A stretch of 58,886 nt of DNA, filler included, from Catajapyx aquilonaris (taxonomy: Eukaryota), in the NCBI GenBank assembly GCA_000934665.2. It is 3 parts of 3 records of this genome, joined end to end, with 100 filler letters (N's around TTAATTAATTAA, not from the genome) between each part and the next. Parts side by side here need not be neighbours in the genome. Positions count along the whole stretch, not along the records: positions 39,288 to 58,886 come from JYFJ02006438.1; 2 more parts are not named here. One strand, 5' to 3'. The translations under genes were made by a program, and so were the position numbers. Under the pieces are notes generated by a model, which had not been told where the DNA came from, did not search any database, and saw only the letters and a list, made by a program, of their open reading frames with translations. Numbering within the stretch: the stretch's first letter is position 1; the number at the start of each line of letters is the position of its first letter. Of the stretch, positions 51,811 through 58,886 are shown piece after piece.

Positions 51811-54800
51811 TATCCGAGGAAAACCCGCTATATTTCATGAAATTATTGTTCTGCTCCTAAGAGGCTCATATTGTATAATACATTTAATTGCAAATTCGTG
51901 ACTTCGTTTGCAAATCGCAGACTTCAATCGCCACCTTGAATCACTGTGACCACATACATTTTACGCCTTATTTATACACCTCTAATATTATGACCATCGG
52001 AAGTAAAAATCCACTCACATAACTCTGCCAACATAATTTTAAAGAAATAAACCTGAGCGACTTACACCCAGTTAATGTTTCCATTGTGACGTAAGCAATA
52101 ATATTACATGACTGAGCCAGTGTATTCTATTTGGGCCTCATATTTTAACTTGGGACGTGAAGAGGCCATCGGCGGATGATGTAAAAAAACGAATAGCAGA
52201 ATGGATATCTTTACACGTTATCTAGCAGCTTCCTGTGTCACAAAGCCTCCAAATTATTGTCAACACAAAATAGTCAAAGATGACACACGGAAAAGTTATC
52301 AGCAGTCTAGGTGTAAGGTACAGCATCTTGAACTCACGCCATGACCAGGCCATAGATAACATTATACACCGTGTTGCAACGTCTCAAACAGTATTACACG
52401 GTATGATTACAACAGTTCCGTGCGTGATCTTTATACATAAAAAATAGACCTGAATATTGGCTTCATTCCTGCCACTGTTTCAGTGCCCTGCTGACAGTAT
52501 AGTGTATTATTCCATACATTCAATTTCACAATGCAGGCTTCAAACACCAATTCGAATCTTCCAGACCAAAATAATTTTACGACAAAATGTGACCATTCTA
52601 ATACTATGCAATGATTATACTATACTAATGACTACTTATAAACCTTAGTGTTACACAACTAGCCTACCACTTGACATTCACTGATTTCTGATTACCACAT
52701 CGTAGTTATGACCCTTGTCAATCGCCATAATCACTTCAAAATGTCCATCGTCTTCAGAGGCCAGGTATGCTTTCATTCGTCACCTGATCTTTGTGTTAAC
52801 CTGTACACCATCAGACGACCAGATGTTGCAGCCAGATAAAGAGGAGTGACCTGCTCGTGGGACGGATGGCCCGATACACCTGATAGTCCAATAGTCCACA
52901 CCTTCATCCTGGGCTTGAACTCCGCAATCAGCACGACTGAAGCAGGGGATTACCCAAATTACTTGACCTCACCTGGAAGAGTAAGCGACTCTTAGACCAC
53001 TGCACTGGACGACATAAAAATGACCCCAGATTTCGATGCCTCTGCGCAGAACAAGTAAACCAGAATAATATCAATTACTCACATTCAGTGAAGTGTCACG
53101 TGCAACAATATGATGCTCTGTACGAAGTAACAGCGGTGTGATTTGAAGAGACGTCTTCTATCTCTGAAGGGAATTGGCTGCACAGAGTGGCTGAATTCAG
53201 CTCATGTTCGTCCGGTATACCCAAGAATAGTTTATCTTATCACCGAGATAACATGCTGCTTCAATTTCTACTGTGGCCCCAGTGACATATGCACAATATT
53301 TTCAAATTTCTCTTCTTGTTTGCACAGCTTGACACACTTGACTTCGGCAGGGTTTTATCTCGGTTACCTAGGCGCTAATCATATTATTGTACAAGTACAG
53401 GGGGGCTCACCTGATGATATTGAGCAATGCTCTTCCATCAAGGTTAGACCAAAGTGATACAAGTACAACACCACGACGTGGATAAAAGTGCGCAATTTCT
53501 CGCTGCTAAATCCAAATTTCTAAACCACCATTAGCAGTTGATTTTTGGCAATTTTGGCCTGTATGTAGGCCTATTCAGTAAAAATCGAAAAAATTCAATG
53601 AATATGGAAGTGAAATGTGCAACTTTCAGTGGACGTTAGGGCCTATTAATTAAATTGAATGCTGTGTGATGTAGTGGAAATATACAATAGGTAAATTTTT
53701 CTGATAATGAATTTTTGTCAGTTAATGTCATTTTACTCAGTGTTCATATTTTTCCCAACGAACTGCAGAAGTTCAATATTGAAGCTCGAAATTTGCATTT
53801 TAATCAACAAATTATTTGACCTGATAATGTCTTACTTAACAATAATTCAAAATAAATGCACAAAGAAAAATGCGATATGCCCAGCAGGGAACTGGAGAAT
53901 AAATTGAGGTTGGTACAACAAGTTTGCATTTCGCATTTTAGATTATTCTCAACACGACATGAACAGGGCATTCGCATAAATTCATGCATGACGAAGAATA
54001 GGCACGGCGTCAGAATACTATTATGCTTCAGATTGACACAAGTAACGTGAGCAGTGAGGGACTCACCTATACTGGCTTGGTAAACATGATTTGCATTTCA
54101 GATTATTGTTGTTGCATTGCCCCACATTTCTCTTCCAATTCCACACTGACAAGTTTGAAGTGATGGCAGATGTTACCTGACAGGTGAAGAAGGAGTCAGT
54201 TCAGAGAGTACTTCTCTAGTTGGTGAGGGAAACGTGTGTGAGGCAGTGCGGTTGGCTGCAAGTTGTGCCAGTGCAATATTACAATGTGCTGTATGGAACA
54301 GACCCTATGTACGGTGGAAGTGTGTCCTGACATTACTTGCAAGATGGAGGAATATGATTATTTTGTGATAAGTACTAATGGTGCACACATTGGGGACATT
54401 TCAGTGTTACGTACTGTAGCAGAGTGCAGAGTTCGTTACCATTTTACCTTTTCGGGCAGGTAATTACAGGCATCGTTTTGGTGTGTACCTTTCTCCTATA
54501 CTGAAAATGAAACGGATGATTCAGTGACGCATCTTTACTTCGTTGAACACTGGTATACATTTATTGCGGTTACATTTTATATGACTCCAAACCAAAGAGA
54601 AAATAAAACTGTTAACAAGGCGTAGCACACTATAATTCTCGCACATAATAGTGATTATGATTAGGTAGAGCTGGTGAGTTGACTCAGATCCTTGTCTGTG
54701 TGTGAGATGGTCGAATGCAAGGCTCATCGGTCGTATTAACCAACAGACTGTTTGGAAAGGTTGAAAAATAAGATAAAGATAAAAGTGTCAATATTATGGA

Positions 54801-54813
54801 CACGAGTTTCGAA

Positions 54814-55008
54814 TGGGTAAATAGGTAAATATGTCTGAGGATAAGGTGATGTCTGAGGTGGGCAGGGGTGGGGGGTGGGACAGGTTGTTTTTAGGTTTAT
54901 TCTCATGAGTTTTATTAGTTCATATATTGGGTTAGCTTGCGTCTCCCTTCATCGCTGACTACCCCTCATAGGGAAATGTCGTGATGTTGTTGTTGTTGTT
55001 GCTGTTGT
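54814..55008 (+). mobile_element. 5'-truncated non-LTR insertion (RTE 3' UTR) with (GTT)n tail and 10-bp TSD
   Basis: GAGTTTCGAA at 54804-54813 and 55009-55018; sequence matches ~38110-38490. Confidence 0.8.
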
Positions 55009-55229
55009 GAGTTTCGAAATTATTTGCTATAAAATAGCAGCAGCGTGAAACATTGAAAAATATATATTGTCGCAGAAGACAAGCAGAAATTCCAAAAATT
55101 GTGCATATTAAAACTCATTTAATGTGTTCTGAAAGGATCAAATAGGTGCATGTCGAAATTCGAAATTCTGATATTGATAAAATTGCTAAAACATGATTGG
55201 ATTGTTAGATAGGAAGGTCGTATACATAC

Positions 55230-56003
55230 TTGCATCTGCTGCTTCATCTTAGTCTGCCAAGCCGCAGCCCGACCTGTGAAGGAAGATTATTATTATTATT
55301 ATTTTAATGAATCAATATTACAATCAGCATTTGGAACAATCTAAAATGTGGATGATTTCATATACCGGAGGATCTGAACATCATGGATTTGCAACTATAC
55401 ATACACACAGTCTTGACTTGAATGAACAAATCTGATACGTTTTTTCCCTAAAATTTCATTCATTCTAAATATGACACTTTATTGAGACGTTCATATGCCA
55501 AATCGACAAATAGACTGGTCAGGTGAGAATAATCCAACAATGATGGAGATCGCGACAGTACCAGCCGGTGCTGCTGGTTTTGCGGCTGGTCGTTTCTGTG
55601 GTCGTGATCGTCGTTTTGCTGGTGCCTTTGGTAGTACTGCTGGTGCATCTGGTTGTGCTGCTTGTGGTGATGCTGCTGCAGATTTTTGTGCAATTAATGC
55701 CGATTTTTGTACTTGTAGCGGTACAGCGCCTGAATTAAAAGCATGCCAATGAATGCATAGCTCTACCATGAGCAACTGAACTGTATATACGAGGTTCATT
55801 CAGGTGCAAAACGTATAGACCAGTTCAAAGTTTAGGCACAACTTTTAAAGTTTAGTCGACATACGTACAGTAAGTCTGTGGGTGCTTTTTCATACGGCAT
55901 GACTGAAATAAAGCTTGGATTTACCTTCTACTGGAGAGATTAAGTCACGGGCGAGAGTGGCCAGCACTGCCAGCATGACAGCGATGCGAAGGATATGTCC
56001 CAT
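55230..56003 (-). CDS. Small secreted Ala/Pro/Lys/Arg-rich protein (3' end uncertain)
   Basis: Exon 56003-55925 encodes MGHILRIAVMLAVLATLARDLISPVE (donor G|GTAAAT). Exon 55729-55562 encodes AVPLQVQKSALIAQKSAAASPQAAQPDAPAVLPKAPAKRRSRPQKRPAAKPAAPA (phase 1-1). A probable exon starts at 55273. TATAAAA at 56106-56100. Confidence 0.65.
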
Positions 56004-56204
56004 CTTTCTTCTTGTTGGAATACTTCTGATCAAGTAGCCCCAGACTATGCTCTCAGAAGATCCAGACCAACACTGGAAGAAGGAGATAAGTACCCACCTT
56101 TTTATACAGAAAATTACTAGTATGGTAGAAACGGTTATACTGCAAAGTGAAGAATAGGCTGGTGTAGAAGCACACATGTAGAAATAATAAAACGATGTGA
56201 ATCA

Positions 56205-56288
56205 CTTGTATTTGTATTGTGTTCAATAATTGTATTGTATTGTGTTCAATTGTATTGAATTGTGTTAGATTGTATTGAATTGTGTTGT
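56205..56288. repeat. Degenerate (ATTGT)n pentamer repeat
   Basis: Run of ATTGT/TTGTG units upstream of the secreted-peptide gene. Confidence 0.7.
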
Positions 56289-57567
56289 TTTGAACACCTG
56301 CAAAAATTACCATTTACCTTTCTCCTATTCCTTGCCAACTAATGAATATTCAAAGCACGCGGGGTATGTAAATTTGCCGCACCTGAGACATCTGGCGTAA
56401 GTGATGTCCAATCTTGGTCCCCTCTTTACCTTCCTCGTGCCTTCCTTGGTCTCTGGTCTGGTCCAAAAGCCTTGAACTTTCCATGTTTCCATCATCCAGA
56501 GACAGGAATAGTGATGGGAAAAAAACGTTATTTTCGCGTAACGATTACAACGTTACCCGTTATTTTAAAATATGCGTTATAAATATGCGCTACTGCCATT
56601 AGCTATTTATAATAGTTAGTTAAACGTGTTATAAATAACTAATATAATTAACTGCTATCGATATTAGCTATGTATGTAATTACCAAGCCCTGGGTAATTT
56701 TTCATGGCTCCAGCCGGTTGTAATCGAATCTATAAAGAAAAACAGTTAATAATAATTACAATTTTGACATGTTAATCATTATTAACCTTCAAATTAACGT
56801 TCAAATCTCCAACAACCTCGTCCTATACAGTATATTACTCTACTCTTGTGGGTCACATAAAATTAAGTATTCATAATTGATAAGTGGAAAGTGTGTGGGG
56901 GGGGGGGGGGGNGGGGGAAATATATAACATAACTTCGCTCATCCGGAAATACCAGATGATAGCGTTCTAAAACTTACAATATGCTGCTTGGGATTTCAAT
57001 AATAGGGCGGAAAAAAACCTGCATTGAAACATTTAGTGTCATCTACAATAAGTAGAAAGCAAAATAAACAATGATAGACCATTCAGACCCTCCAAAGTAA
57101 TATGCGACCAAAAATTTGGGAATGTTTTATTTAAACACATTTTTTCGTTCGTCTAAGGCCCGGTTGTGTATGAATATGAGTTAAGAGCGTGCTCTAGGCT
57201 ACGCTATCCATTGTTGCGGGGAGCCCGTCGCGGGCCGGCCCGTGAGTTTGACACTTCTTCCTCTCGCTGTCACGGCCGCAAATATGGAGGTATCGGCATG
57301 AAACTGGAGTATATGGACGCGAAAGAGTTGCACTTTGAGTTGGTGCGCTTATTTTTCTCCTGGGGCGATATTTGCGGCCGCCGCGGCCAGGTACAGTTTT
57401 TTATTTTGACCCGCAATCACTCCTTTCTATGTCGGTACCAGTGAAATTCGAGAGGGTCACGAGGTTTCTACGCCGAATTACCGTAAGTGTGTGAAAGGGC
57501 ACGAGTGTGGCAGGCTTGGTTTGGCCAAACTTTGGGATCGAAAATACCCCCCGCCATGAACAATAAC

Positions 57568-58429
57568 AACTCGCACGAAGAAAGCGACGATCTGGCAGCG
57601 CCGCGCTGACTGCCAGTTCGGTAACCACGGTGACGGCCGGATAAAGTAGAGCGCTAATAATGGGGAAGTAGCCTTCATTTTGGAAACTACATAATAAATT
57701 CGCCCATATTTTTTGGATTTTTTTGGCATATTCCGTTTTAAGATATCAGTTTCAGTTCCGGAGTAATTGGGGTTTTTATGTAGGGAAATGGTGACGTCAC
57801 TGTTTCCCTAGAAAATGTTGACGTCACGCGAAGTGAAATGAACGCAAAAATGATGTTATAGAACGCGCCCCGTCATTGTTGTAAAATGCTTCGCTGTTGT
57901 TAGCAACCGTCCCATTCCGTGAGCAAGATAGCGGCCGGGGCGCGTATTTATTCCAGGCCGCTCAAGCCGCTTCTGGTCTGACAGTGGTGCCAACTGGTAG
58001 GAATTATCTGTCACCCGAATTCGGCACATGAAGGTCCCTTTTCTCCACCTCGATGGCCTACAGCCGCCTTGCGAATGCTTTCCGTCGTGTCCACGGTTAA
58101 TTCAAAGTCAAATTCCTCATATCTCGCAGTCAACCAGGCATTTCAGTGTATCCTTTCGATTGGCACCACCCGGCTGCGGCGTTTTTTCCGCCAATTTGGA
58201 AGGCACTTTTAAATGTGCCGTAATTTATCCTGTAATGTCATTTTGATGCAACAGAGTGGTGGAATGTATGTTTACAGGCATGGGCTAGCTAGTTATGAAC
58301 AAAAATCCCAAATCCCAGACCAAGGCTACTTCCCCATTATTAAAACGATGTAAACATACGATGTCGCCGTGGTTACCGAACTGGCAGTCAGCGCGGCGCT
58401 GCCAGATCGTCGCGTTCTTCGTGCGAGTT
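57568..58429. mobile_element. Element bounded by ~65-bp inverted repeats
   Basis: AACTCGCACGAAGAAAGCGACGATCTGGCAGCGCCGCGCTGACTGCCAGTTCGGTAACCACGG and its near-perfect reverse complement at ~58367-58429; no ORF recognised inside. Confidence 0.6.
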
Positions 58430-58886
58430 CGTTATGGAAAACGTTTGCATTAAATAAATAAATAAATACCATTTTTTTCGTATATTCGTTGTGGAATACT
58501 TCTTTCTCATAGGGCTGGTTGTATAAACATGAGTTAAAGAGTATGTTAACTATGGAGTTAGCGTACATGTAAACAAAGTGCTTAATTCCGTATAGTTAAC
58601 CTTAAGGTGGAAATGAAGCGACTTGCTAATCAAATGAGAGTCTAGAATTGGAATGTTAATAAGAAGGGCTAAAATCAGGGAAACATACGCAACCGATGCA
58701 GCAGGAAATGCTGTTCAATCCTATGCATTCCATTCGAATCTGCGTTTTAAACTCGATTTAATATGGGCCCATTACCGGCGGCAAGTTTCTGTGCGCAGGC
58801 GCAATTGTCACGGCTGCCAACTTAAACATGGTATTTGGAGGTGTGCTTAATATTTGTTATTTTTGATGGAAATCGATTTTATTCGG

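Overview
This is eukaryotic (metazoan, probably arthropod, by inference) genomic DNA with spliceosomal introns and two scaffold gaps. Conserved genes are NOSIP (-), a small J-domain gene (-), a C2H2 zinc-finger gene (-), VPS4 (+, 5' exon missing) and pyruvate dehydrogenase phosphatase (-, with one GC-AG intron). The most notable structure is at 0.7-9 kb: a minus-strand tandem cluster of four paralogues that I cannot assign to a known family. Where preserved, they share a three-exon layout (signal-peptide exon, body exon, short terminal exon, both introns phase 1) and a ~70-aa C-terminal domain. One intact member (428 aa) carries a ~265-residue silk/elastomer-like GPGG(Y/Q/F) block and a poly-Asp/Glu tail. 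One is a short intact 183-aa protein and two are pseudogenes. The rest of the window is dense with MITEs, SINEs, a deleted mariner, RTE-LINE and Gag remnants, a decayed kinase-ankyrin array, and a small secreted Ala/Pro/Lys-rich peptide gene. All gene models were read by eye, with exon phase arithmetic checked; no database searches were run.
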